Shown: positions 18,038 through 26,422 of the stretch, in pieces
Position numbering within the stretch: position 1 is the stretch's first letter
How the letters are laid out: each line of letters opens with the position of its first letter
DNA from: a virus
Lineage: Duplodnaviria; Caudoviricetes
Reading direction: 5' to 3' (one strand)
Length of the DNA stretch: 31,127 nucleotides
Virus record (IMG/VR): IMGVR_UViG_3300033475_001778
Span: 1-31,127 of that record
Notes under the pieces: generated by a model
The model's input: the letters and a program-made list of their open reading frames with translations, nothing else
The model's database searches: none
What the model was told of the DNA's origin: nothing
Position numbers and translations under genes: made by a program

Positions 18038-18544
18038 CTATAAAACTTTGACGTGCACGTTGTCAGAGTTCCGGTCAACTTCACCATAACCGTTGATACC
18101 GCCGAACAGATTGGAACTCTCAGTGTGGTAGAAGATGGTTACGCTTGCGAGCCCTAGCGCAAGATAGTACGTGTTGAACTCTTTGATTGCCTGTCGGCAG
18201 CCGACACAAGGTCCGTAGTGAGTCAGGATGAAGAGCCGCTGATTGGTCAAGGCGAGATTGTGATATAGCCTATCCTGGATTTCACATTCCAGATCGTACA
18301 AGACTTTCAGCTCGGCATCGCCTCTACGTCGGGAATCAACTCCTTGCAGCTGATACACCCAATTCGGGATAGTGCCACCCGCACCATTGCTGTAGATGCC
18401 GCTAGTGTAAAGAATCCCGTTGTTAGCATCGCAGAGGCAGCCTACCGCCTTCATGCCCGAGTGCCCGAGTAATGTATGGCGTAGATGCGCGTACGAAGTG
18501 TGTTCCCATCCGCTAAATGGCCGGTAATTGACTGTTGTCGCCAC
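18038..18544 (-). CDS. Stand-alone zinc-dependent deaminase-fold protein (moron); probable GTG start at 18544 (168 aa), ORF open to 18655
   Basis: RRGDAELKVL (DAE at 18311-18319) ... FILTHYGPCVGCRQAIKEF (PCxxC at 18197-18211); purine-rich SD AAAGGAGAAGGAC directly before GTG; AT-richer and antisense to flanking tail genes. Confidence 0.75.
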   Translation of the reverse strand: MATTVNYRPFSGWEHTSYAHLRHTLLGHSGMKAVGCLCDANNGILYTSGIYSNGAGGTIPNWVYQLQGVDSRRRGDAELKVLYDLECEIQDRLYHNLALTNQRLFILTHYGPCVGCRQAIKEFNTYYLALGLASVTIFYHTESSNLFGGINGYGEVDRNSDNVHVKVL

Positions 18545-18922
18545 GTCCTTCTCCTTTCCTTGGTTACGGGTTGTTCTCACCTCAGTTAATAGATTCCAGT
18601 CGCTGTACTTCCTGCGCCAGCTAAACGCACCGCGACGGACCTTCGACACGTTCATCCCTCTGACAAGGTAGATTCCGTTCTAAGAAACGGTGCAGATCTT
18701 CATGTCCACAGGATCAAAACCTAGAGTACGTGCGTTTCCCTAGCGTTTCCCAGCTCGCTGCTATCCGCGACAGACGACAACCCGCTTGCCGCCCGCAGGT
18801 AGGCATGCCAGATGAGTCACGTTTTTGCCGGCAGCGGGCCTGTTTGGTCCAATGAGCGGCGCAGCCATCGGGTGTTTTTCCCGGAGTCAAGTGCTGGAAA
18901 GCTGGCCTTGTTTGGGACTTCT

Positions 18923-18941
18923 TGTACTGAAACCCGTTACA
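18923..18941 (+). promoter_or_regulatory. Ogr-family activator site of the V late promoter
   Basis: TGT-N13-ACA dyad (TGTACTGAAACCCGTTACA) centred about 56 bp upstream of the V ATG. Confidence 0.65.
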
Positions 18942-18987
18942 TACCCCACGACTCGCATCGCGCGCGTGTGATCGGCAACATGTCCGG

Positions 18988-19683
18988 ATGGACGCTAACG
19001 AAATCCGCCGACTCATCATCAACCTGATCCGCAAGGGGTCAGTGATGAAAGTTGACCTCACCAGCAAACCGCCCACGTGCCGCGTGTCGGTCGGCGACCC
19101 CAACGATCCGGACGGCGAAGGCCTGCAGACGAACTGGCTGCCGTTTCTGTCGCTGCGCGCCGGTAAAACCCGCGAATGGAATCCGCCGACCGAAGGCGAG
19201 CAGGTTGTTCTGTTCTGCCCGATGGGCGATCCGGCGCAAGGCGTCGTTCTTTCCGGCCTGTCATCGGACGATTACCCGGCCCCTAGCGATAGCCCAGACA
19301 AGCATTTGCGCGCCTATCCCGATGGCGCGACGGTCGAGTACGACCATGCATCTCACTCGCTCAAAGCCGATCTGCCAGCCGGCGCGACTGTCCTGATCGT
19401 CGCACCCGGCTCCGTCAACGTGCAAACCCAGACCGCGACCGTGAAAGCCGACGACGTGACGCTCGACGCGAAACAAACAACCGTCACGGGAGACCTGCTT
19501 GTTAAAGGCGCGTTCGTTTTCGAAAGCGGCATGAGCGGCAAGGCCGGCGCAAATGGCGGCCCTGCCGCGATCATCGCCGGCACTGTCGCCGTGAGCGATG
19601 ACGTGATTGCCGGCGGCAAGAGTGGGGCACATCACTCGCACATGGAACAGGGCGACGGCAAGCCCGTCAGCGAGCCGATATGA
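18988..19683 (+). CDS. V: Baseplate spike protein, P2 gpV
   Basis: R.I.NLIRKG, TNWLP, W.PP..GEQV, YPDGA..EYD, C-terminal HxH metal motif HSHMEQGDG. Confidence 0.95.
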   Translation: MDANEIRRLIINLIRKGSVMKVDLTSKPPTCRVSVGDPNDPDGEGLQTNWLPFLSLRAGKTREWNPPTEGEQVVLFCPMGDPAQGVVLSGLSSDDYPAPSDSPDKHLRAYPDGATVEYDHASHSLKADLPAGATVLIVAPGSVNVQTQTATVKADDVTLDAKQTTVTGDLLVKGAFVFESGMSGKAGANGGPAAIIAGTVAVSDDVIAGGKSGAHHSHMEQGDGKPVSEPI

Positions 19684-20039
19684 AAGGCATGAACGCCACC
19701 ACCGGCCGCGCAATCGCCGACCTCGATCACCTGTATCAGTCCGTCGGCAGGATCATCGGGACGCCGCTTGCCACGTGTGTCAAACGCCGCACGTTCGGCT
19801 CCGACCTTTTTTCGTACGTCGATGCAGCGAACAACGGCGCAACACGCACGCGCCTCTATGCCGCGATCGCCACGGCCCTGATGTTGTGGGAACCACGCAT
19901 CACGCTTACGCGAGTCCAGCTCGTCGTCGACGAATCGGCGATGGACGGCGGAACGTTCATCGATATCGAGGGCTTCACGACCGAATCCGGCGATGCCGTT
20001 CGCACGCGTGCGCCGCTCAATTTTGGAAACGTCACATGA
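19680..20039 (+). CDS. W: Baseplate protein, P2 gpW (gp25-like)
   Basis: GMNATTG, DHLYQSV..I..TP, RRTFGS, LWEPRI. Confidence 0.93.
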   Translation: MKGMNATTGRAIADLDHLYQSVGRIIGTPLATCVKRRTFGSDLFSYVDAANNGATRTRLYAAIATALMLWEPRITLTRVQLVVDESAMDGGTFIDIEGFTTESGDAVRTRAPLNFGNVT

Positions 20040-20947
20040 CCACATCGGCACTAATCGACCTTGCGAGCCTGCCGATTCCCGACGCGCTCGAAATGCTCGA
20101 CTTCGAAACGATCTATGCGACGCGAAAGGCCAGCATGATTGCGCTATGGCCGGCTGAAGAGCAAGCCGAGATTGCCGCAACGCTTGAACTTGAATCTGAA
20201 CCGCTCGCGCGGCTGCTGCAGGAAAACAGCTACCGCGAACTGGTATGGCGTCAACGCATCAACGATGCAATCCGCGCCGTCATGCTGGCGTTTGCAAAGG
20301 GTAACGACCTCGAACATCGCGCGGCGCTGTTTAACCTGAAACGCCTGGTTATCACGCCTGCCGATCCAGCCAATAACATCGCCGAAGTTGACGAAGCCGA
20401 CGACGACTTGCGCGAGCGTATCCAGCTCGCCCCGCAAGGCTTTAGCGTCGCCGGCCCGAGCGCCGCCTACGTGTCGAAGGCGCGCGCGGCTGATGCTCGC
20501 GTTCTCGACGCCAGAAGCTCACGCCCGGTTCCGGGCGACGTGCTTGTGACAGTCCTCTCACGTGAAGGCGACGGCACGGCCAGCCGGGAACTGCTCGATA
20601 TTGTCGAAGCTGCATTGAGTGCAGAGGATCAACGTCCGCTCAATGACACGGTCACCGCGGCGTCGGCCGAGATCATCCGCTACCGGATTCGTGCGAAGGG
20701 TTACACGCGCTCGGCCGTTGGCGCAGACGTGCTTATCGCGCAGGCCAACAGGAACACACAGGCTTACACAGTCAACTGTCACCGCCTTGGGCTTGGCATT
20801 GCTGAATCAGCAATCAAGGGCGTTTGCCAGGCTGCAGGCCTGTCGAAAACAGAGCTACTGGAACCGGCGGGTGACCTTGCTATCGGCCCCACACAGGCCT
20901 CGTATTGCGAAGGCGTCGAGATCGAATGGGGTGGCGTCTATGAATAG
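20036..20947 (+). CDS. J: Baseplate wedge protein, P2 gpJ (start ATG 20036)
   Basis: IDLASLP.PD..E.LDFETI, LESEPL, YREL..RQRIN, FSVAGP..AY, RPLND.V. Confidence 0.94.
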   Translation: MTTSALIDLASLPIPDALEMLDFETIYATRKASMIALWPAEEQAEIAATLELESEPLARLLQENSYRELVWRQRINDAIRAVMLAFAKGNDLEHRAALFNLKRLVITPADPANNIAEVDEADDDLRERIQLAPQGFSVAGPSAAYVSKARAADARVLDARSSRPVPGDVLVTVLSREGDGTASRELLDIVEAALSAEDQRPLNDTVTAASAEIIRYRIRAKGYTRSAVGADVLIAQANRNTQAYTVNCHRLGLGIAESAIKGVCQAAGLSKTELLEPAGDLAIGPTQASYCEGVEIEWGGVYE

Positions 20948-21509
20948 GCTCCTGCCGCCCAATGCGACCACGCTCGAAAAGCGCACCGCGGCCGCGTTGG
21001 CTGTCGTCGACGAAATTCCGATTCTGATCCGCGATTACTGGAACCCTGACAAATGCCCGTCCGAACTGCTGCCGTATCTGGCGGCCGAGGTTTCGGTGGA
21101 TGGCTGGGAGCTGGCCGAGTCCGATGACGCACGCCGCGCGCTTATCAAGGCCGCGATCCCGCTGCACCAGAAGCGCGGCACACCCTGGGCGATCCGTGAG
21201 GTTATCCGTCGGCTTGGATTCGGTGAAGTGGATCTGATTGAAGGGCGTAACGTGCGCCGGCGTGACGGCACGGCGCTCTATAACGGCGATTGGGTCCACG
21301 GCCGCGATCGTGGCGAGTGGGCGCAATACATCGTTCGCCTCACACAGCCAATTACCCGTGACCAGGCAGACAACCTGAAAGCCGTTCTCGACCGGTATGC
21401 GCCGCAGCGCTCGGAACTTTACAAGCTCGACTACACGGCCGCACCGCTTCGCCGGAACGGTGCCGGCCGCTACGACGGTCAATACAACAGAGGGAGTATC
21501 AACGCATGA
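20940..21509 (+). CDS. I: Baseplate/tail formation protein, P2 gpI (start ATG 20940)
   Basis: LLPPNAT.LE, WNPDKCP.ELLPYLA, VD.W, H.KRGT..AIR. Confidence 0.9.
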   Translation: MNRLLPPNATTLEKRTAAALAVVDEIPILIRDYWNPDKCPSELLPYLAAEVSVDGWELAESDDARRALIKAAIPLHQKRGTPWAIREVIRRLGFGEVDLIEGRNVRRRDGTALYNGDWVHGRDRGEWAQYIVRLTQPITRDQADNLKAVLDRYAPQRSELYKLDYTAAPLRRNGAGRYDGQYNRGSINA

Positions 21510-23101
21510 CGAACCTTGTCGAAACCGAACAGTGGGAAGAAGGTATCCGGCAGTTCGAAACGTCTGACCCTGTCGTGGGCGGCCCTGATGGCATAGACAA
21601 TATCCCGCCGCGCCAGCTCGCAAACCGCACGAAATTCCTGCGCGCCCGACTGCAGGACGGTGGCGCAACTTATGCGCCCGACACCGGCACGAAGAACAAC
21701 ATCGTCGTCAACCTGACGCCGGCTGTCGCCCAGCTCGTCGAAGGCATGGAAGTGAGTTTCGTTGTCGGTGTTACCAACGACGACGCATGTACGCTCACAC
21801 CGAATGGGGCGGCCAAGGGCGGCATCGCGCGGTTACCGCTTTATGGTGGCGACAATGCGAATCTGTCGGCGAACGATCTGCCGGCGGGCGCGCAGGTTCG
21901 CGCGCGCTTCACGAAGGTTCTGAACGTCGCCGCCGGCGGCGCTTGGGTAATCCAGTCCATTACCGGCGGTATGGCGCGCGTGGTGACCCCGCCTGCCGGC
22001 GACATGTCCACGCGGGCCGCGAACATGGCCGCGCTGTTCCAGGCGACGGACGGCCGGCAACCGGTAGACGTCGCCGGCGGCGCTGCCACAAAGCTGACTG
22101 CCGACCAGTACGGCGCCGCGATGCTATCGCTTACCGGCGTGCTGACGGCATCGAAGGATTTACTTTTCCCGGCTCAATCAGGCCAGTGGATCATCGAAAA
22201 CAACGCGACCGGCAATTTCAACATCACGGCCAGGGTCGCCGGCGGTGGCGCTGGCGTAGTGCTGCCTATTGGTTCGCCTGTGATCGTCTGCAGTGATGGT
22301 GCGACGATGAAGTTTGCGAGCGCCGGCGGCCAGGCCGGATTTACCGGGATGCCTGTTACCGGAAAGGCCGGCACCCGCCTGACCATTATCGGCGGCTATA
22401 CGCCTGGCGCGTTGCTGATCGAGAAGAACGGCGCAATGCTCAAGCCGGGCACCGCAGCATCGCCCGACTTCATCGCCACGGACGGTTTGAACGTCGATTT
22501 TGCCGTCCCGCTCGTCGCGGCCGATGACCTGATGATTTACGCATTCTCGACATTCAGCGTCGCGAATGCCGTGAAGAAATCGGGCGACAGCATGGGCGGC
22601 CCGCTCGCGCTGTATGACGGCTCCACGGCACCGACGCCGGCACCTGGCGACAACAGTCAGAAGGTCCTGAATACAGCCTGGTTCAAAGCCGAACAGGCTA
22701 CCGAGACCAATCAGGGAACCGCCAAGGTAGCGACACAGGCGCAGACCAACACAGGAACCGACGACACGACGATTGTGACGCCGAAGAAGCTTCGGGCCGG
22801 GTTCTCGATTTCCTTGGCTGCTACTGGATTTCTCGCTTTCCCCACGTGGCTGGGCGGCCTGATTTTTCAGTGGGGAAAGATGAATACGGCAATCGGACCT
22901 CTAGGGGCTGCAAATCAGGCGCTACCGCTTACGTTCCCTAGCACCGTTTTGATTGCGTTGGGTTCCCCCATCCAGACCACTTCGTGGGGCGGAACAAATC
23001 CGAGCATCGGCATGACGGCGAGCAACAGCCAGATTACCGTCTGGAACAACAACACGACTGCCGTATCGCCGTACACATGGTGGCTCGCAATCGGTTACTA
23101 G
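21506..23101 (+). CDS. Tail fibre protein (gpH position)
   Basis: N-terminal E..DPV.GG.DG..N...QLANRT.FL anchor; Gly/Ala/Thr-rich body; C-terminal P..LGGLIFQWG...FP...W.AIGY tip domain. Confidence 0.9.
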   Translation: MTNLVETEQWEEGIRQFETSDPVVGGPDGIDNIPPRQLANRTKFLRARLQDGGATYAPDTGTKNNIVVNLTPAVAQLVEGMEVSFVVGVTNDDACTLTPNGAAKGGIARLPLYGGDNANLSANDLPAGAQVRARFTKVLNVAAGGAWVIQSITGGMARVVTPPAGDMSTRAANMAALFQATDGRQPVDVAGGAATKLTADQYGAAMLSLTGVLTASKDLLFPAQSGQWIIENNATGNFNITARVAGGGAGVVLPIGSPVIVCSDGATMKFASAGGQAGFTGMPVTGKAGTRLTIIGGYTPGALLIEKNGAMLKPGTAASPDFIATDGLNVDFAVPLVAADDLMIYAFSTFSVANAVKKSGDSMGGPLALYDGSTAPTPAPGDNSQKVLNTAWFKAEQATETNQGTAKVATQAQTNTGTDDTTIVTPKKLRAGFSISLAATGFLAFPTWLGGLIFQWGKMNTAIGPLGAANQALPLTFPSTVLIALGSPIQTTSWGGTNPSIGMTASNSQITVWNNNTTAVSPYTWWLAIGY

Positions 23102-23434
23102 GGAGGTAACAAAATAATGTCACTCGCATCCAATCTTGCACTACTCGCGCGCCTGTTGACGGCCGCCGCAAATGGGATCGTCAACGGCCCCACGCCGGCC
23201 GCCGGCGACAACACGAAGGCGTTCATCACTTCCGAATGGTTCAAGGCCGAACAGGCTTCTGAAGCCAATCAGGGAACGGCGAAAGTAGCCACGCAGGCAA
23301 TTACGAACGCAGGCACTGACGACACCACGATAGTGACGCCCAAGAAGCTGCGCGCTGGATTCGCCTTTTCATTCGGCACCATCGGATACCTTGCTTTCCC
23401 GACATGGCTTGGCGGTCTGATTATCCAGTGGGGG
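22631..23434 (+). repeat. Diverged 246-bp direct repeat (22631-22876 and 23189-23434, offset 558 bp)
   Basis: Both encode PTPAxGDN...WFKAEQA.E.NQGTAKVATQA.TN.GTDDTTIVTPKKLRAGF...LAFPTWLGGLI.QWG; many differences at third codon positions. Confidence 0.9.
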
Positions 23435-23647
23435 TTTTACTCCCTGCCGCCGAGTGTCTACGCCGTCACTATCTCGCTGCCAATTGCGTTCCCGAACGCT
23501 TACATGATGGGTGTGATTTGCGATTCAGGGCAAAGCGCTTACCCGTTCGGGATGACAGCGGCAAGCAAGTCACAAATCAACCTTTATGTCACCACCGCCA
23601 AGGGCGCGAATGCGTCCGGGGCTAACTGGATCGCAATCGGAAATTAA
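23117..23647 (+). CDS. Short tail-fibre tip paralog (176 aa)
   Basis: Own SD GGAGG at about 23102; paralogous to the C-terminal part of the upstream fibre; ends NWIAIGN. Confidence 0.85.
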   Translation: MSLASNLALLARLLTAAANGIVNGPTPAAGDNTKAFITSEWFKAEQASEANQGTAKVATQAITNAGTDDTTIVTPKKLRAGFAFSFGTIGYLAFPTWLGGLIIQWGFYSLPPSVYAVTISLPIAFPNAYMMGVICDSGQSAYPFGMTAASKSQINLYVTTAKGANASGANWIAIGN

Positions 23648-23649
23648 TC

Positions 23650-24093
23650 ATGGGCCAAAAATACGCAGCATATGACGATACCCGGGCCATCACCGGCTTT
23701 TACGACTCATCCATTTGCCCCCCACCTAAAGGGCTCAAGACGATCGCGATTACTGACGAACAGCATGCGGCATTGCTGGCCGGTCAGTCTGCAGGGAAAC
23801 GCATGGCGGTTGACGCGGACAACAAACCTGTCCTGCTCGACTCCCGGCCGCCTACCGACGCGCAGCTCGATCCTGTGAAGCGTGGCGAGCGAGATGCAGC
23901 ACTAAAAGCGAGTGACTGGTTCGCCGCTCGTCACCAGGACGAACTATTGATCGGCAAAGGCACATCGCTCAATGCCGCCCAGCTCGACGAGTTGCTGATC
24001 TATCGCAAGGCCTTGCGCGATCTGCCTGAGTCACCCGACTGGCCGAACGTCGAACTGCCGGTGGCACCTTCTTTCGTGACCGCGATCGCCTGA
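23650..24093 (+). CDS. Tail fibre assembly chaperone (gpG position)
   Basis: GFYD, ITDEQHAALL.GQ..GK, RD.ALK.SDW, YRKALRDLPE...WP...LP..P. Confidence 0.85.
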   Translation: MGQKYAAYDDTRAITGFYDSSICPPPKGLKTIAITDEQHAALLAGQSAGKRMAVDADNKPVLLDSRPPTDAQLDPVKRGERDAALKASDWFAARHQDELLIGKGTSLNAAQLDELLIYRKALRDLPESPDWPNVELPVAPSFVTAIA

Positions 24094-24134
24094 TCGTTTT
24101 TCTATCTCTGCCTTCTTAAACTGGAGTCATCAAT

Positions 24135-25310
24135 ATGGCGCAAGACCAATATCATCACGGCGTAAGTGTCTACGAAATCAATCAGGGATCGCGTCCGATC
24201 CGTACGGTTTCGACGGCAGTACTTGGCCTTGTGTGTACGGCCGAAGATGCCGACGCCGAAACTTTCCCGCTCGATACGCCCGTCCTGCTGACGAATGTCA
24301 TTGCCGCACTTGGCAAGGCCGGCACCAAGGGCACGCTTCGCAAGGCGCTGAACGCTATCGGCGCACAAACGAAGCCCTTCACGATCGTGGTGCGCGTTGC
24401 AGAAGGCAAGGACGCGGCCGAAACGTCAAGCAATGTGATTGGCACCGTCACGGCCGCCGGCAAGTACACCGGTATGAAAGCGCTGCTCACGTCTCAGGCG
24501 AAGTTCGGCATGAAGCCGCGCATCCTCGGCGCTCCGTTCCTCGACACGCAGGCCGTGACCACGGCACTCATTCCGATCGCGCAATCGCTCGGCGGCTTTA
24601 TCTATTCGCATGCAAACGGCTGCAAGACGAAGGAGGAGGCGACCACCTACCGCAAACAGTTCGCCGCGCGTGAGCTGATGGTGATCTGGCCGAATTACCT
24701 CGCATGGGACGATACGACCAGCTCGACGGTCGAAGTCCCGGCCGTAGCCTATGCGATGGGTCTGCGCGCGAAGATCGATAACGAAATCGGCTGGCACAAG
24801 ACGCTGTCGAATGTCGCCGTGAATGGCGTGACCGGTATCAGCGCTGACGTGTCGTGGGATTTGCAGGACCCGGCGACCGATGCGAACTACCTGAACGAAC
24901 AGGAGGTAACGACCCTCATCAACGCTGACGGGTTCCGTTTCTGGGGTTCGCGTACCTGCTCGGATGAACCGAAGTTCAAGTTTGAGAACTACACGCGCAC
25001 CGCGCAGGTTCTCAAGGATTCGATCGCACAGGCACAGATGACGGTCGTGGATGGCCCGCTGAATCCGTCGCTGATGCGCGACATTATCGAAAGCATCAAC
25101 GGCAAATTCCGCAGCCTGATTTCGCTCGGCTACCTGATCGGCGGCACCTCGTGGTTCGACCCGGAACCGAACACGACCGACGAGCTGCAGGACGGTCACG
25201 CCTACGTCGATTACGACTACACGCCGGTTCCCCCGCTGGAAAACCTCACGTTGCGTCAGCGCATCACCGATCGCTATCTTGCCGACTTCGCCGCCCGCGT
25301 GAACGCGTAA
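24135..25310 (+). CDS. FI: Tail sheath protein, P2 gpFI
   Basis: YHHGV.V.EIN.G.RPI, GKYTGMKALL, KPRILGAP, GWHKTLSNV, GFRFWGSRTC, YDYTPVPPLENL. Confidence 0.97.
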   Translation: MAQDQYHHGVSVYEINQGSRPIRTVSTAVLGLVCTAEDADAETFPLDTPVLLTNVIAALGKAGTKGTLRKALNAIGAQTKPFTIVVRVAEGKDAAETSSNVIGTVTAAGKYTGMKALLTSQAKFGMKPRILGAPFLDTQAVTTALIPIAQSLGGFIYSHANGCKTKEEATTYRKQFAARELMVIWPNYLAWDDTTSSTVEVPAVAYAMGLRAKIDNEIGWHKTLSNVAVNGVTGISADVSWDLQDPATDANYLNEQEVTTLINADGFRFWGSRTCSDEPKFKFENYTRTAQVLKDSIAQAQMTVVDGPLNPSLMRDIIESINGKFRSLISLGYLIGGTSWFDPEPNTTDELQDGHAYVDYDYTPVPPLENLTLRQRITDRYLADFAARVNA

Positions 25311-25338
25311 GCACCGGCACAACCAGGAGAAAACAAAC

Positions 25339-25848
25339 ATGGGTATGCCTCGCAAACTCAAGGGCTTCAATCTGTTCCACAACGGCAACAACTTTCGCGG
25401 GCAGGTGTCCGAAGTCACGTTGCCGAAACTCACGCGAAAAATGGAGGATTACCAGGGCGGCGGCATGAGCGGCCCGATCAAGGTGGATTTCGGCCAGGAA
25501 GGGATTCAGATGGAGTGGACGTGCGGTGGCTTCATGGTGGACGTGCTGAAACAGTACGGCATCACCACGCACGACGGCGTGCAGCTCCGTTTTGCTGGCG
25601 GCTATCAGGCAGAGGATTCGACCGCGTACGACTCGATTGAAGTGGTCGTCAAGGGCCGTCACATGGAAATCGACCCCGGCACCGCGAAAACGAAGGATGA
25701 CACCACGTTCAAGATTACGACCGTCGCGAGCTATTACAAGCTCACCGTGAACGGTGAGGACATCATCGAGATCGACTTTGTCAACATGGTCGAGAAGATC
25801 AATGGCACCGACCTGCTTGCTGCACTGCGTACCGCGATCGGCCTCTAA
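25339..25848 (+). CDS. FII: Tail tube protein, P2 gpFII
   Basis: PRKLK.FNLF, LPKLTRKME.Y.GGGM, YYKL..NG...IEID, R.AIGL. Confidence 0.97.
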   Translation: MGMPRKLKGFNLFHNGNNFRGQVSEVTLPKLTRKMEDYQGGGMSGPIKVDFGQEGIQMEWTCGGFMVDVLKQYGITTHDGVQLRFAGGYQAEDSTAYDSIEVVVKGRHMEIDPGTAKTKDDTTFKITTVASYYKLTVNGEDIIEIDFVNMVEKINGTDLLAALRTAIGL

Positions 25849-25877
25849 CGCGGCCACCTTGCGGCCGCCGTGCGTCT

Positions 25878-25910
25878 GCCTGCCCGATGGTTCGGGCAGG
25901 CCTTTCTCTC
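25878..25910 (+). terminator. Intrinsic terminator/attenuator after the tail tube gene
   Basis: GCCTGCCCGA-TGGT-TCGGGCAGGC perfect 10-bp stem followed by CTTTCTCTC. Confidence 0.7.
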
Positions 25911-25929
25911 TCATATCAAGGGCAACACC

Positions 25930-26295
25930 ATGCAAACCGTAGACCAGGCACTGAACACGAACGACTTGACCGACACGAACGCGCCGGGGAGTGTCAACAC
26001 GGACCCGAACACCTACACGCTCGATGAGCCGATCGTGCGCGGCAATCAGACGATCACGCAAGTCATGTTGCGCCGCCCGAAATCGGGCGAGCTGCGCGGC
26101 GTGACGCTGTCGGACCTCGTCAACCTCGACGTTACGGCACTCTCGCGCGTGCTGCCGCGTATCAGCTCGCCGACGCTCACCGAACAGGACGTGGCAAACC
26201 TCGACCCGGCTGATCTGGTGCAATTGGGGGGCATCTTTTCCGGTTTTTTAATGACGAAGGCAATCGCCTCGAAAGTGGCATCCCTGACCGCGTAG
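25930..26295 (+). CDS. E: Tail assembly chaperone, P2 gpE (start ATG 25930)
   Basis: LDEPIVRG.QTI, LRRPKSGELRG..L, VLPRIS.P.LT, LDPADL. Confidence 0.92.
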   Translation: MQTVDQALNTNDLTDTNAPGSVNTDPNTYTLDEPIVRGNQTITQVMLRRPKSGELRGVTLSDLVNLDVTALSRVLPRISSPTLTEQDVANLDPADLVQLGGIFSGFLMTKAIASKVASLTA

Positions 26296-26420
26296 AGGAT
26301 CCGATGGCCGATATCGCCACCGTGTTCGGTGGCTGGACGCCGGCAGTGATGGACGAGTTCTATCTGGACGAGTTAATGGAATGGCGTGAACGTGCGCGCC
26401 GACGAAGCGGAAGCGAATAA
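26242..26420 (+). CDS. E': gpE' extension, expressed as E+E' by -1 frameshift (MADIATVF... ORF 26304-26420)
   Basis: Slippery GGT TTT TTA (T6 at 26244-26249); -1 frame open through MADIATVFGGWTPAVMDEFYLDELMEWRERARRRSGSE to TAA 26418-26420. Confidence 0.85.
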
Positions 26421-26422
26421 CG

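Noticed and set aside
18714-19103. Minus-strand 129-aa ORF as partner/immunity gene of the deaminase
   Set aside because: Overlaps gene V and its promoter, Arg/Ser-rich shadow-like composition, no SD; cannot be fully excluded
19607-20939. Long upstream extensions of gpJ (from 19607) and gpI (from 20619); likewise lysB from 16428 and gpE from 25870
   Set aside because: They overlap bona fide upstream genes or a terminator; family-typical N-termini start at 20036, 20940, 16539 and 25930
22631-23434. Diversity-generating retroelement (TR/VR) or invertible fibre cassette
   Set aside because: No reverse transcriptase or invertase in the window; repeats are direct, both coding, and differ at many non-adenine positions
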